A stretch of 64,000 nt of DNA, taken from assembly GCA_964645705.1 (NCBI GenBank), contig CAZYAB010000007.1, positions 466 to 64,465 of the forward strand, read 5' to 3'. Shown here piece after piece: positions 11,401 through 20,086 of this stretch. The translations under genes and the position numbers were made by a program. The notes beneath the pieces were generated by a model that searched no databases, was not told the DNA's origin, and saw only the letters and a program-made list of their open reading frames with translations. How positions within the stretch are numbered: the first letter of the stretch is position 1; every line of letters begins with the position of its first letter. This DNA comes from an uncultured Methanosarcinales archaeon (lineage in GTDB: Archaea; Nanobdellota; Nanobdellia; Woesearchaeales; CAXGTL01).

Positions 11401-14400
11401 TCACATGTTGGTGCTGTGCAGTCGGGGTCTTGTGGTTCGCAATTTGCTAAACATGCATCATCTGCTTCACAAGTAGCGCCGTCACAATCAGGATCTTGTT
11501 GATCACCACATATTAAATTGCCTCCTGCGCAACCATTGCCTGCGTTACAGTCAGGATCATCACCAGAACCACAGTCAGGGTCAACAGTATCACAACCAAT
11601 AACGCACACATTTCCTTGTGCACAAAGTGTTTGTTCACAGTTTTCAGTAATGCTTTGTTGTTCACAATAAGTTTCACAATCTTTGTCAAGAACTGGACAA
11701 TTAACTAAACACACATTTCCTTCACTACATGTTGCACCGTCACAATCAAAATCATTAAAAGGACAATTAGCATCGCAACCATCTCCTTGTTCACATAATC
11801 CTGTGCCTGATCCACAGTCTGGGTCTGGTGTTTCACAACCAATCATGCACATGTCACCTTCATTACATGTTGCTGTCTCACAGTCAGGATCAACAGGATC
11901 ACAACCAGGAACACATTCATCATCTTCACTACAACTAGGAATGTCTGCTGTACAATCAGGATCTTCAGGATCACAATTTGCTAAGCATGCGTCACCTGGT
12001 TCACAAGTAGCACCGTCGCAATCTTGGTCTGGTTGATCAGTACAGATTAGATTTCCACCTGCACAACCGTTTCCTGCGCTACAGTCAGGATTATCACTAG
12101 ATCCGCAGTCAGGGTCAACTGGTTCACAGCCAATTACACACACATTTCCTTGTTGACAAAGTGTTTGTTCACAGTTTTCAGTTATACTTTGTTGTTCACA
12201 ATAATAATTACAATCTTGGTCAGGTTCTGCGCAACCAACTACGCACACGTCACCTATATCACAAGTAGCACCATCACAATCATAGTCAAATGGATCACAA
12301 TCAGGATCGCAACCATCACCTTCTTCACATGTTCCTTGACCAGATCCGCAGTCTGGATCAGGTGTTTCACAACCAATCATGCAAATGTCTCCTTCTTCGC
12401 ATGTTGCTTTGTTACAGTCAGGGTCAATGCTTCTGCATTCTACGCTTGGACAATCATTATCTTCTATGTTTTCACATTGTTCAAAAGAACAGCATAGTTT
12501 TAGATTTGCTTGATTGTTTGAATATTCTGTAATATGAGAATTTGATTCTTTGAATAGGGAAAGGATTCCTATTTCATTTATGTTGCATGTTTGTTCTCTT
12601 AATGCACATTCTATGTCTATATCAGTACTGTGTAAACAAACTTGTTCTTGATATTCTAAAAAGTCTGGAATACCTGCGTGTGAATTAACTTTCTTCTTTA
12701 ATCTTAATACAATATTTTCATCTTGTTCGCATGTTGTGCAAATGCATTTATCATATTCAATGCATAGTTTTTCCCCAACTTCTGTGTTACTTGGCAAACT
12801 TGCTGTGTATGTTGTCCCGCGCTTTAATAAATCTAATAATATCACTCCTTCACATTCTTGTTTTGATGAAACAATCTTTACATTTGTTTCTGCTTGTGTG
12901 TTGCAGACGCATTCTCTTATTCTTGGTTCAATGCCTAGGTCAATTGTTAAGATGTAAGGAACAGTATTTTCATTACCAACTCCATCTTTGCATTTAATAT
13001 AAATTGTATTTTCTTTGTAATTAAGATCTGATATGATGGTTGTGTGTTGGCTACTAAATTCTGTTGTAATGTCATCAGTCATTGATGAAAAATCAATATC
13101 TTGTGTATTATATTTACAAACAGCATTTTCATCTGTTGTTATTTTTATGGTCGCTGTTCTTTGATCAGTGTCTGCTTCTTCGTTAATATCATGAGTATTT
13201 ATTACTTCATTTGAACTTGTTTTTAATGTCATTGTTTTTACTTTACTATCTTCTGGACTAAGCTCTGTTATTGTTGGTGATGTTGAGTCTGTTGTGATTG
13301 TGATTTGTTTTTTAACTGACTCAGCCGTTCCATCACTAAGCCAGCAATAATAAATGTGACCCTGATCATCTTCAGGAACATTGAATGTGCATGATAATGA
13401 ATACTGGTTATTTGTTTTTGTTGATGTACTTGTTATGCATGTTCTTTGTTCTGTGTTTGTTTCATCATCTATACTGCTACAGAAAAAAGAAAGTTCATCA
13501 TCATTAACATCATCTGCACTTGCAGGAATGATAGTTATTTCTGAACCACCTTTTACTGTTGTTTTTGGTGTTGATAGTTCTGTGTATGTTGGTGCATAAT
13601 TACAACCTTCATTAACATTGCCGTCACAATTATTATCAATATCATCATCACAGTTCTCTGTTTCAGAATATCCTTGTATATTAGAATAATCATCATACCA
13701 AGTTGTGTGATCTTGGTCACATGATTGTTTACTTCCTGCACATATGTTTGCTTGTTTTTCATTGAGAGGACCTTGATTAATTAATCCTTCATTAGTATTT
13801 CCATCACAATTATTGTCTAGATTATCACATTCTTCTGCTTGTGGTAGTATTGAACATTGGCTCCAAGCTCCTTGTTCTGTGCATTCTTTTTCAGAACCAG
13901 CACAAGCTCCTTGTTGATTACAACCTTGCGTTGTTTTTAAAACATCTCCATCACCATCTTTGTGTTTGTGTCCATCACAGTTGTGATCAATTGCATCGCA
14001 TTGTTCTGGTTGTGGCAGTGTTGAACATTGGCTCCATGTTCCGTCTGCATTACATTCTTTTTCAGAACCAGCACAAGCACCAACTTGTTTACAATCACCT
14101 TGCATTGTTAATGCGTTTCCTTGATTGTCTAGGTTATTGTGACCATCACAGTCATGGTCAATTGCATCGCATGTTTCTGTTTCAGAATAACCTTGTATTG
14201 AATTATAATTTGGTTCTTGCCAACCAGCTGTTCCTTCACATGTCTTGACTTGACCTGCGCAAACACCGTCTTGTTTATCTGCTAATTCTGTTGGTAAATT
14301 ATTGTCAGGTGTTCCGTCACAGTCATCATCTTTCCCATTACAGTCTTCATTAGTGCTTAATGGTTTTGGTGTACACCTTTCAGGAGACCAAACACCTATA

Positions 14401-17400
14401 AAACATTCTTGTTGTATTTTATTTTTACATTCTCCTAAACCACATTCTGCTTCTTGTTTGTCTGTGTCATAACATGCACAATCTTCATCAGGTGTTCCGT
14501 CACAATCATTATCTTTTTGATCACATAGACCTTGTGCTTTTTCATTAAAATTAGGATCATCTCTCGGATATTCTTCAGCATCATTATCATCACAGTCTTG
14601 GTTATTATTAACCCAGTCTGCTGATAATGGTGTTACTGCGCATGTTTTTGTTTCTTGAGCATTGTTGGGATCACCATATCCGTCACCGTCATTGTCTGCA
14701 TACTTTATTATAATAAAACCTTCGTCTGTTTGATCATTGCAATTATTATCAACATTGTCGCAGGTTTCAGTAGCATCAGGATTTATGTTTTCATCTGTGT
14801 CGTCGCAGTCATCATCATTTGTAACATAGCCTTGTAATGGATCACATAATTGTATTGTTTGATCAGGATTTCCATCTCCATCTCCGTCAGAATCTTGATA
14901 AAAAGTTGTTGTTGTAAAACCTTCATCAATATTTCCATCACAGTCATTGTCTTGTCCATCACATATTTCTTCAGGGGCGTCTACATAATCACAACCATTA
15001 CAAAACTTTCCTTCTCCATTGCATTGTCCATACTCAGAATTAGAACATGGACAACAACGTCCGTCTACGCAAGTATTAGGGCAGTAAATCCATTGAGATT
15101 GGAGTTCAGTTCCTTCACAAAAATATTCTACAATGTTTCTATTATTGTTTACACAATAATCTGTTTTAGTTTCATATTGCTTCCAAGTATAAGAAGCAAA
15201 TGGATCAACTCTTATTGTTGTTGATTTAGTGAATTGATCTTTTTCATCAGGATCAATACAATAAACTTTTTTCTCACATCCACCATCCATTGAAGTTGTA
15301 GTTTTGCAGTCATTATCATAAGCATCATAACAAATTTCAGGAGCCCCAGGATAAATTTGGGCATTTGTGTCATCACAATCATCACTATTGAAAACCCATT
15401 CATCTGATGTTTCATGTAAAATAGGATCACCATTGCAAGTATTGGCTATATGAAATTCTTCAGGATTTCCATAAGTATCTCCGTCTTTGTCTTGATATGA
15501 CGTAATTTTAAAATCATCATCTTCTTTACCATCACAGTCATTATCAAGTCCATCACAAATTTCAGCAGGAGCAGGAACATAATTACAGTCTTGGCATACT
15601 CTGCCATTGTCTCCATCTTCACAAACGCCTTCATTTGAGCAACAGAACTCGTCAATCACACCAAAAACAGCCCGACCAGTTATTTGTTCATTAGCAGACT
15701 CAAAAGCTACAAAAAAATTATTATCATTTAATTGAATAAAAGGGTTATTCTTATCATAACTATTCATAATATACTCTGAAAATTTAATTTCTGTTTTATC
15801 CCCAATTTCATTACCGTTTTCATCGAACTTTTTTAAATAAACTTTCCCATCATAAATATAAGAAAAAATAAGTTCTCCATTATTGTTAGTATCAAAGGAA
15901 TAATCATGTGAATTTATTTCAAGACTAAGATCTGATGTTAATTCAGCATCATCCCCATTATAAATTTGAAATTTATGATATTTACCTCCCCCTACAACTA
16001 TAAAATCTCCATTATCCATCATTGTCGCAATACCTGCATCAAATCTAAATTCATTTCCATCACCTTGTGAAACTCCAGATGGAGGAGCTAATTCAGCACC
16101 ATTATAATTATACCTTTTTGCATAAACATAAAATTTATGATTACTTGAAGACTCTGAATATTCATCCCTCGACCATGTAATTACAAAATTCCCTTCAGAA
16201 TCCATTGATACATAAGGATTAGAATTTTTATTTTGCATTAATGTTTGTTGAATATGTGAAAAATATTTTTTATACGCAGCATAAGTATTAACTCTAAAAG
16301 TATTCTTTTTTACACTCCCATCTGCATTATACAGTTTGGCATTGATATCCTTTGTACAACCAGTACATAAGTCTGACATTGTTGGCCATACCACAACGAA
16401 TTTTCCATTACCTGCCATTGCTACTTCAGGGTCAATATTCATTAAGAATGTTGTATCAGAAATATCTGCAACCTTAAAATCATTTTTTTTAATTGTTCCA
16501 TCTGAATTGTATAATTTTGCATAAACTCCTTTACGTCCAACATCAGACCAAGCAATAACAAAATTTCCAGAATCATCCATTGCAACAACACCACCAAGAC
16601 CACCACCAGTAATAAATTCATTCCCTTCTCCTCTTGTAACTCCAGAAGGGGGTTCTAGTTCATTACCTTCTGAATCATATCTTTTTCCAATAAGTCCATT
16701 AACAGAATCCCACATTACTACAGCATTACCTGCTGAATTCATTGCAACTTTTGGTTCTACTGATGTAACCATATTATCATTCACTCTAAATATTTTACCA
16801 TCTCTATAACCTGTGCTTTCAAGAAGTTTTATAGGAGCACAAATTAATGTTCCTGGTCTAGAATAATCAAGTCCAACTGCAAGTCCGCCACCACTTAAAT
16901 CAGAACACGAATAATCCTTACTTTGTGGTAAACATGTATGACCTGATCTCCAGTAACAATCACCTGATTGATACCACCCTGATTCCCAAGTATTACCTAA
17001 AATTAAGCCACCATTTTCATTAACACCATCAATCTTTGAACAAACAATACCAATTCCACCAACAACATGACCATCATGTTTTGATCCTGTAATTACATAA
17101 TCGCTTGGGCACTTAATCTCTGTGTTAGTCCATGTACTATGACACCATCCAGTACAAATTTTTTCTTCCTCTGAACCAAAAACAACATTGCCATCTTGAA
17201 TATTAAGATCTTTACAAATAATCTGCATTCCGTCCATATAAGATCCAAAACTTAATTTAATACCAACAGCAACACTATCATAAGGACATACTGCTTTATA
17301 TCCTAAATAGTATTGACTTCCATCAATTCTTTTCTTTGTTCCTCGCAAAAGATAAGCATTTACTCCAATAATTGAAACTAATAAAATAAAAACTAATAAA

Positions 17401-17459
17401 ATTAATACAAAGTTTCTATTTTTTGTTTTTGTGTTCATTTGTTTTTTTATGATCAACAT
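5403..17459 (-). CDS. Giant (4018 aa) secreted Cys/Asp-rich surface protein/adhesin
   Basis: N-terminal signal peptide; P.VAMD..GNFV..W propeller-like repeats; many EICDG.DNDCDG and DCDD Ca-binding-type repeats; TSP3-like DNCP...NPGQ.D.D.DG.G motif; Ig-like and carboxypeptidase-regulatory-like domains near the C-terminus. Confidence 0.9.
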   Translation of the reverse strand: MLIIKKQMNTKTKNRNFVLILLVFILLVSIIGVNAYLLRGTKKRIDGSQYYLGYKAVCPYDSVAVGIKLSFGSYMDGMQIICKDLNIQDGNVVFGSEEEKICTGWCHSTWTNTEIKCPSDYVITGSKHDGHVVGGIGIVCSKIDGVNENGGLILGNTWESGWYQSGDCYWRSGHTCLPQSKDYSCSDLSGGGLAVGLDYSRPGTLICAPIKLLESTGYRDGKIFRVNDNMVTSVEPKVAMNSAGNAVVMWDSVNGLIGKRYDSEGNELEPPSGVTRGEGNEFITGGGLGGVVAMDDSGNFVIAWSDVGRKGVYAKLYNSDGTIKKNDFKVADISDTTFLMNIDPEVAMAGNGKFVVVWPTMSDLCTGCTKDINAKLYNADGSVKKNTFRVNTYAAYKKYFSHIQQTLMQNKNSNPYVSMDSEGNFVITWSRDEYSESSSNHKFYVYAKRYNYNGAELAPPSGVSQGDGNEFRFDAGIATMMDNGDFIVVGGGKYHKFQIYNGDDAELTSDLSLEINSHDYSFDTNNNGELIFSYIYDGKVYLKKFDENGNEIGDKTEIKFSEYIMNSYDKNNPFIQLNDNNFFVAFESANEQITGRAVFGVIDEFCCSNEGVCEDGDNGRVCQDCNYVPAPAEICDGLDNDCDGKEDDDFKITSYQDKDGDTYGNPEEFHIANTCNGDPILHETSDEWVFNSDDCDDTNAQIYPGAPEICYDAYDNDCKTTTSMDGGCEKKVYCIDPDEKDQFTKSTTIRVDPFASYTWKQYETKTDYCVNNNRNIVEYFCEGTELQSQWIYCPNTCVDGRCCPCSNSEYGQCNGEGKFCNGCDYVDAPEEICDGQDNDCDGNIDEGFTTTTFYQDSDGDGDGNPDQTIQLCDPLQGYVTNDDDCDDTDENINPDATETCDNVDNNCNDQTDEGFIIIKYADNDGDGYGDPNNAQETKTCAVTPLSADWVNNNQDCDDNDAEEYPRDDPNFNEKAQGLCDQKDNDCDGTPDEDCACYDTDKQEAECGLGECKNKIQQECFIGVWSPERCTPKPLSTNEDCNGKDDDCDGTPDNNLPTELADKQDGVCAGQVKTCEGTAGWQEPNYNSIQGYSETETCDAIDHDCDGHNNLDNQGNALTMQGDCKQVGACAGSEKECNADGTWSQCSTLPQPEQCDAIDHNCDGHKHKDGDGDVLKTTQGCNQQGACAGSEKECTEQGAWSQCSILPQAEECDNLDNNCDGNTNEGLINQGPLNEKQANICAGSKQSCDQDHTTWYDDYSNIQGYSETENCDDDIDNNCDGNVNEGCNYAPTYTELSTPKTTVKGGSEITIIPASADDVNDDELSFFCSSIDDETNTEQRTCITSTSTKTNNQYSLSCTFNVPEDDQGHIYYCWLSDGTAESVKKQITITTDSTSPTITELSPEDSKVKTMTLKTSSNEVINTHDINEEADTDQRTATIKITTDENAVCKYNTQDIDFSSMTDDITTEFSSQHTTIISDLNYKENTIYIKCKDGVGNENTVPYILTIDLGIEPRIRECVCNTQAETNVKIVSSKQECEGVILLDLLKRGTTYTASLPSNTEVGEKLCIEYDKCICTTCEQDENIVLRLKKKVNSHAGIPDFLEYQEQVCLHSTDIDIECALREQTCNINEIGILSLFKESNSHITEYSNNQANLKLCCSFEQCENIEDNDCPSVECRSIDPDCNKATCEEGDICMIGCETPDPDCGSGQGTCEEGDGCDPDCDPFDYDCDGATCDIGDVCVVGCAEPDQDCNYYCEQQSITENCEQTLCQQGNVCVIGCEPVDPDCGSSDNPDCSAGNGCAGGNLICTDQPDQDCDGATCEPGDACLANCDPEDPDCTADIPSCSEDDECVPGCDPVDPDCETATCNEGDMCMIGCETPDPDCGSGTGLCEQGDGCDANCPFNDFDCDGATCSEGNVCLVNCPVLDKDCETYCEQQSITENCEQTLCAQGNVCVIGCDTVDPDCGSGDDPDCNAGNGCAGGNLICGDQQDPDCDGATCEADDACLANCEPQDPDCTAPTCESGDGCKPGCVPTDLDCLEATCESGDLCMIGCEPVDNDCGSDESSCDQGDSCKPDCTVPDPDCGVSSCELDNICIIGCSEPDQDCNNYCNEQNINENCEQTLCQQGNVCVIGCEDVDPDCGRDEETTCGDGDGCAGGNLACTNVLYIPDSDCNGATCDAGDACLINCEPQDPDCDMKKDFEPFFPEGIYEPLCCSAGTGEQCNQDYHTYCDGEKTGQPILVPRKHKIEFDFATVKIDSGQAKCVITMSNENALEIQGVINSDNDFKIGYYLTKNDPIDREKPWTVESCQVTSNGETIFETNTKSKIYVHKNTWTGFGTCEDKNIQGDCPNALLPDAQRAVMCMLKHAGKYFDNSVRCNKQGDIFYANSMSKGIESLELYCYDDITNDVDEEIDSDDYDCWGITYPNSPMIDGELKFNEYHETLVTGQAITNQIYENNDIQNTATKLIKSIIGSGSNSITGNVVYTGEDCKGNICPGSFNIAQNTAVKYWYTRNIQPSGRLKIRFQFANGGSISADPATDSIEIIGNSFTQAESTSASGAYEFTKSETDAAKTVYSVIGKISNKKNDHVIKLDFSGLHQNTDHKFTLFSQWNDKYDYSPEYLFNSDDDAPNTNNENDAQNYQGLPETEKRIWGGVNSGGPGARSDHQCNDRVDNDLDYKTDCKDEQCDGEQIGERSGDDEPIECEYLTEETCFDGYDNDHDDLVDCDDSDCIGKIGGYKDSDGSIKKYVIENSQEVYCEEKEGSPIGQVSYYDKSVHGISSCNDRFDNDADKNAWQIEKYSCPDSEYKFDGTCKTNSIDCYDVSSCWGRGGKSTNIETNPCPRFENNDPSWCDDGIDNDFDREVSNAGSWLGSYKIPHPYGEEPFKDAYKGEKYGHDCYDYDCAGASNCPSNELLDETGQEDPIRCFDGFDNDLDAYVWNEQQSKYVKNPEGGFDCFDPQCLGVQHPENKDIICAPFEFKLFAYDFCKDGLDNDFDEKKGGGIDGRDDKGEEIENTDPSEYETDCFHKFNLCGVTGFPGLSIVEDINVFACVDNDDNDNDGLKNCADQNDCNGKIGAYYGARCGIEVCDDDFDNDNDNKVDCADRGCEGETNARGETCSQTEICDDGIDNNRDGIIDCADDDCGCYIGTNTAQCTDVPKPESATFSKISVKHQQHLHVNEPYILEIQALKVFGKQNLKVYLSQFPYNLQNKCTIDNDDEFIFETTSSTTATIKNKQELSANSDVKLTCNAYTSPSDDKAQFKVTIFDGQLDIPAEKQFTFSHEVFEKLEPTINSNKIIVEGLKDNKVTLYHGDSFDIFAKPDDSQTGNSGICECRFKLDGDETGFIRNCKTTITNNIEDKAYTTAALAKDGASNIMTNYISGPSFNIIVKPKEITENYKLERAFYDSDTKNVDVGEFKFITATNREFKPDCKFKIKKVEGDTVKTIDNQGTVTNNELTCSLSFDTELAEITEDGMYLVNVEVQDKDKPEFTIKSKPKIFYVCNSEDSKDEENDLWDCKYLDMDNDNVPEGIFTDLYESEDVPDSDEYTCDNCPKIYNPGQGDKDADGLGNKCDCEGEDIPDGECNQDCSYIDPDCGCAADEYPCIINDELICQDVPCDEEEQVCDNIKCATGLICNDEGLCTCNDQESDDICPPAEENFLACADFDPDCAIKPIKIIYPKHETIIKDPETLRIYWEKQDQEEFDNLIKYNIAYSNDSSEHWYSIPNGIPANIPNRKDLDGNYYYDWNIEELKDKNMEYQINITPKVEFEEKLIRGQTAYSGFFTICRSEKAIVYGVVYDKTNENIPLSDAKIRAYNKSSDELVAKDTSPEVGYRLELDPGETYDIEAKMSNLVKQTETIETDYCKPIELNFELNKCGDGVIDDAENCYNCWEDAGCAPGKYCSEDKICEDGGGCIGLPDGVCKKGETCYCEDCFGKRRPDYPWRFCKGDGTYACTCYDCSTLDPNMRNYQEVHEDCKTCENVCNIVDTKINVKESENVITMTKIAMYKGKPVKVRVVVWN
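10880..12430 (-). repeat. Three tandem ~530-nt (176-178 aa) coding repeats inside the giant gene
   Basis: gtttgttcacagttttca recurs at 11101, 11629 and 12163; unit ...ENCEQTLC.QGNVCVIGC..VDPDCG...GCAGGNL.C... Confidence 0.9.
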
Positions 17460-20041
17460 AAATTAGTTCTTGCTCTGTTTAGTTCAGACCTCATCTTGTT
17501 CATGTGAACAGCTCTGATTAAACCATTTGCTTGTGGTTTTTGAACACCAGAGCCCCAATTAATTGTCAAATCAATATTATTATAAACAGTTTCAATTCCA
17601 TCCCATATTTTTGTAAAGTCGCTGACTTTTATCAAATTGTTAGCACTAACAGTGCATGTTGTTTGAGTTAAGCCAAGTTGTGATTCTGTTTCTCTTAATG
17701 AAGTACAAAGATCATTAATGTGTTGAGCTTTTATCAATGTTTGACCCGCGACGACGTCTGAGCCAAAGTTAGATGATGATAGAGGGGTGCAAGCACCTTC
17801 ACAACTATCTTTTACACAATTAGGACCAATACAAACACCTTTCATATAATAAAGATCATCACCTTTGCCATAAATTATGTGATGATTTCCACCAGAATCA
17901 ATTACAATATTACTGCTGTATTCAATACTATTGCCAAGATCTTCTGCTAATACTTTTGCCTTACACCAAATATCTTCTTCAGCATAATAAGTTCTAGACA
18001 TCAGCCTAGCATTACCCCCATTTTCACCATTGGGATCTTCTACCCAAATAACAAATCTGTTTCCTTGATCATCAACATCAATTGCAATTGAACCTATTAT
18101 TATATAACCTGGATAATCAGCAATTGTTTTACTTCTACGAATATTAATACGATCACTCCCAGTAAAATCACTAAATTCTATTTCTCCTTTTTCATATCTA
18201 AGATTTACAGGACTTTGACCTTCTCTTGCATAAACAAAATGCATTTTATCATTAGAATCAACTTTAAGAGATCCTGAAAAAGCTTTCTTATTAAGCCCTA
18301 TATGAATATCCCAAGTTGCTCCATAATCTGTTCCTCTTTTATAATGAAGATTATTATCATGAAAAATAGGGGTATTACCAATCGTATATATGTCTGCTTT
18401 TGAATCAGTATCAGAATCAAAAGTATGTCCTGATTTAGGAAGATCAAACCTACCAGAACTTAATTCACTTCCTGAATCAGAATAAACTTTATGATATCCT
18501 CTATGCTGCCAATATCCACCTACACTGTAATAACTACCAATACTATAAAAAACATGAACATTATTATCTTTATCAACAGAAACAGAACCAGTTGATGCTC
18601 TTCCGCTTGAATCTGTATCAAGAGTTTTTTTAGTTCTATCATAATGTTTATAATACAGATTTTTTCCATCATTACTTGTCCAAGCAAAATGAGGAGTATT
18701 AGATGAATCTACATCTATTTTACTAAAACCCCCTTGATTATCAATTAATTCTTCAGTTCCGAAATTCTTTTTATAATAAGACTTTCCATTAGATTCATAG
18801 AACAAGAACAAATGATCTTCTGAAATTGCTAAATCTGCACTACCAACATCATTACTAATTAATTTTGTTTCTGAAAAATCCATACTACTTGGGCATTCTG
18901 GTTTTTCATCAAAAAAACCATCACAATCATTATCTATTCCATCACATTCTTCTGTTACAGAACTTACATCAATCCAATCACATTGATCACATTTTTTGCC
19001 TGTGTTTCCTGGTTGACATGATGTGCCTTCGCAATTACAATTGAAAAAATTAGAAAGAAAACCTTTTCTTGAACCAATTAATTGAATTTTTCCGTCATCG
19101 CTCATGTCAACATCATATGCTGTAGAATAAAATCGTCTTTCAGTCCAAGTTTCTCCATAATCAAAAGAAACATAGATTCTATTTTCTTTTGCTACTGCTG
19201 TTTGAATCATACCATCACCAGACATTGCAATCGACAATAAATTTACTTTTTTTTCAGATGTTTCTCCTGAAGAATAAATTCTTAAATAAGTTGGTTCTTT
19301 TACTAATCTCCAAGTATTACCATAATCAGAAGAAATGTAAATTATTCCTTCTCCCACTGCTGTTCTGTATTGCCCATTATTTGACATTGCAATTTCTTGC
19401 CACTTTTTTCTTACTGGTTTTTCTAACCATGTGTTTCCAAAATCTTCTGATAAATAAATACCAGAACCCACAGCCAAAACAGCTTGATATTTTCCGTCAT
19501 CTGATATTGCGGCAGATCTCCATGATTTGTCTGATAGTTTAGGTTGCCAATTAACACCATAATTAGAAGACAAATATATTTTCTCATTATATGTGACTAT
19601 GATTTGATATTTTCCAGTTCCAGAAATTGCAGCTTTTATCCAATTGTTCATTGGTTCAGTTTTCAAAGGCCACCAAGTATCACCATAATCAGAAGAACGA
19701 TATATCCAATAATTTTGGTCATTAGAAGAAGAATCAACTCCTACAATGGCTGTTTGATACTCACCATTATTTGACATAACAACATCTATCCAACTCGCTT
19801 TACTCGAAATCTTTTTCCAAGTTTCGCCATAATTATTTGAAACATAAAAACCTTCACTTGCAGCAGCAATAGTTTGGATTTTACCATCACTAGACACAGC
19901 AACAGAATGCACACTACCAGTATATGGTGTTACTTGTTCCCATTTATATCCATAACCATAGTAATTAATTGCACTCACAGAACTAATCAAAACTAACAAA
20001 ATCCAAATCCAGATTCCAATTACTCTTTTGTTGTTTTTCAT
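17453..20041 (-). CDS. Secreted beta-propeller (BNR/Asp-box) protein with Cys repeat and C-terminal I.A.H.N repeats
   Basis: Signal peptide; repeated SxDYGxTW Asp-boxes; EECDGIDNDCDG; C-terminal LIKAQHINDL / LIRAVHMNKM. Confidence 0.85.
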   Translation of the reverse strand: MKNNKRVIGIWIWILLVLISSVSAINYYGYGYKWEQVTPYTGSVHSVAVSSDGKIQTIAAASEGFYVSNNYGETWKKISSKASWIDVVMSNNGEYQTAIVGVDSSSNDQNYWIYRSSDYGDTWWPLKTEPMNNWIKAAISGTGKYQIIVTYNEKIYLSSNYGVNWQPKLSDKSWRSAAISDDGKYQAVLAVGSGIYLSEDFGNTWLEKPVRKKWQEIAMSNNGQYRTAVGEGIIYISSDYGNTWRLVKEPTYLRIYSSGETSEKKVNLLSIAMSGDGMIQTAVAKENRIYVSFDYGETWTERRFYSTAYDVDMSDDGKIQLIGSRKGFLSNFFNCNCEGTSCQPGNTGKKCDQCDWIDVSSVTEECDGIDNDCDGFFDEKPECPSSMDFSETKLISNDVGSADLAISEDHLFLFYESNGKSYYKKNFGTEELIDNQGGFSKIDVDSSNTPHFAWTSNDGKNLYYKHYDRTKKTLDTDSSGRASTGSVSVDKDNNVHVFYSIGSYYSVGGYWQHRGYHKVYSDSGSELSSGRFDLPKSGHTFDSDTDSKADIYTIGNTPIFHDNNLHYKRGTDYGATWDIHIGLNKKAFSGSLKVDSNDKMHFVYAREGQSPVNLRYEKGEIEFSDFTGSDRINIRRSKTIADYPGYIIIGSIAIDVDDQGNRFVIWVEDPNGENGGNARLMSRTYYAEEDIWCKAKVLAEDLGNSIEYSSNIVIDSGGNHHIIYGKGDDLYYMKGVCIGPNCVKDSCEGACTPLSSSNFGSDVVAGQTLIKAQHINDLCTSLRETESQLGLTQTTCTVSANNLIKVSDFTKIWDGIETVYNNIDLTINWGSGVQKPQANGLIRAVHMNKMRSELNRARTNLC

Positions 20042-20086
20042 TTATTTTTTTGTTTCTATTTTTTATTTTCTTTCTTATCTTTTTCA

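Noticed and set aside
10880-15560. Regularly recurring short DNA repeats (cacaatc, cagtcagg) suggesting a CRISPR array
   Set aside because: They are codons of Cys/Asp repeats inside one open frame; there are no constant repeats with unique spacers and no cas genes.
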